A stretch of 61,708 bases of DNA from Chara braunii (Eukaryota; Plantae; Charophyceae): assembly GCA_003427395.1 (NCBI GenBank), contig BFEA01000041.1, positions 706,583-768,290 on the forward strand. Reading direction: 5' to 3'. This document shows, piece after piece, positions 61,644 through 61,708 of the stretch. The notes beneath the pieces were generated by a model that was not told the DNA's origin, did not search any database, and was given only the letters and a program-made list of their open reading frames with translations. Each line of letters opens with the position of its first letter. Position 1 is the first letter of the stretch. Made by a program: the position numbers and the translations under genes.

Positions 61644-61708
<65 letters not shown>
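61644..61708. repeat. (TA)n microsatellite
   Basis: Direct reading. Confidence 0.98.

Larger units (their letters stand above)
59481..61708 (-). mobile_element. Second, inverted copy of the 34129-35732 family, running off the window end
   Basis: Starts CTATGTAGCAC; 59481-59800 resembles the reverse complement of 35330-35732; 60660-60880 resembles the reverse complement of 34270-34520. Confidence 0.8.

Overview
Eukaryotic, repeat-dominated draft-assembly window with 7 N-gaps, long homopolymers and microsatellites. LINE ORF1 style suggests a charophyte (Characeae-like) alga; this is inference. It holds three decayed L1/Tx1-clade non-LTR retrotransposons: A at 3579-11356 (+), B at about 21603-42971 (+, heavily nested), and C at 37215-42680 (-, inserted in the 3' UTR of B). 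It also holds two copies of an unclassified large element with long inverted termini and a decayed gag-like region but no LTRs, many non-autonomous DNA transposons (8-bp TSD, TAA/3-bp TSD, TA and TTAA types), and one convincing host gene, an intronless secreted two-domain Kazal protease inhibitor (48702-49097, -). A Nextera mate-pair junction adapter is embedded at 48175-48212 (artefact). Two signals stand out. (1) A conserved tandem H-type pseudoknot module occurs in 11 copies, in the 3' UTRs of two divergent full-length LINEs and in many short, mostly A-tailed fragments. (2) The LTR-less gag-like element has inverted termini and TA flanks. All coordinates and alignments were read by eye; no database searches were run.
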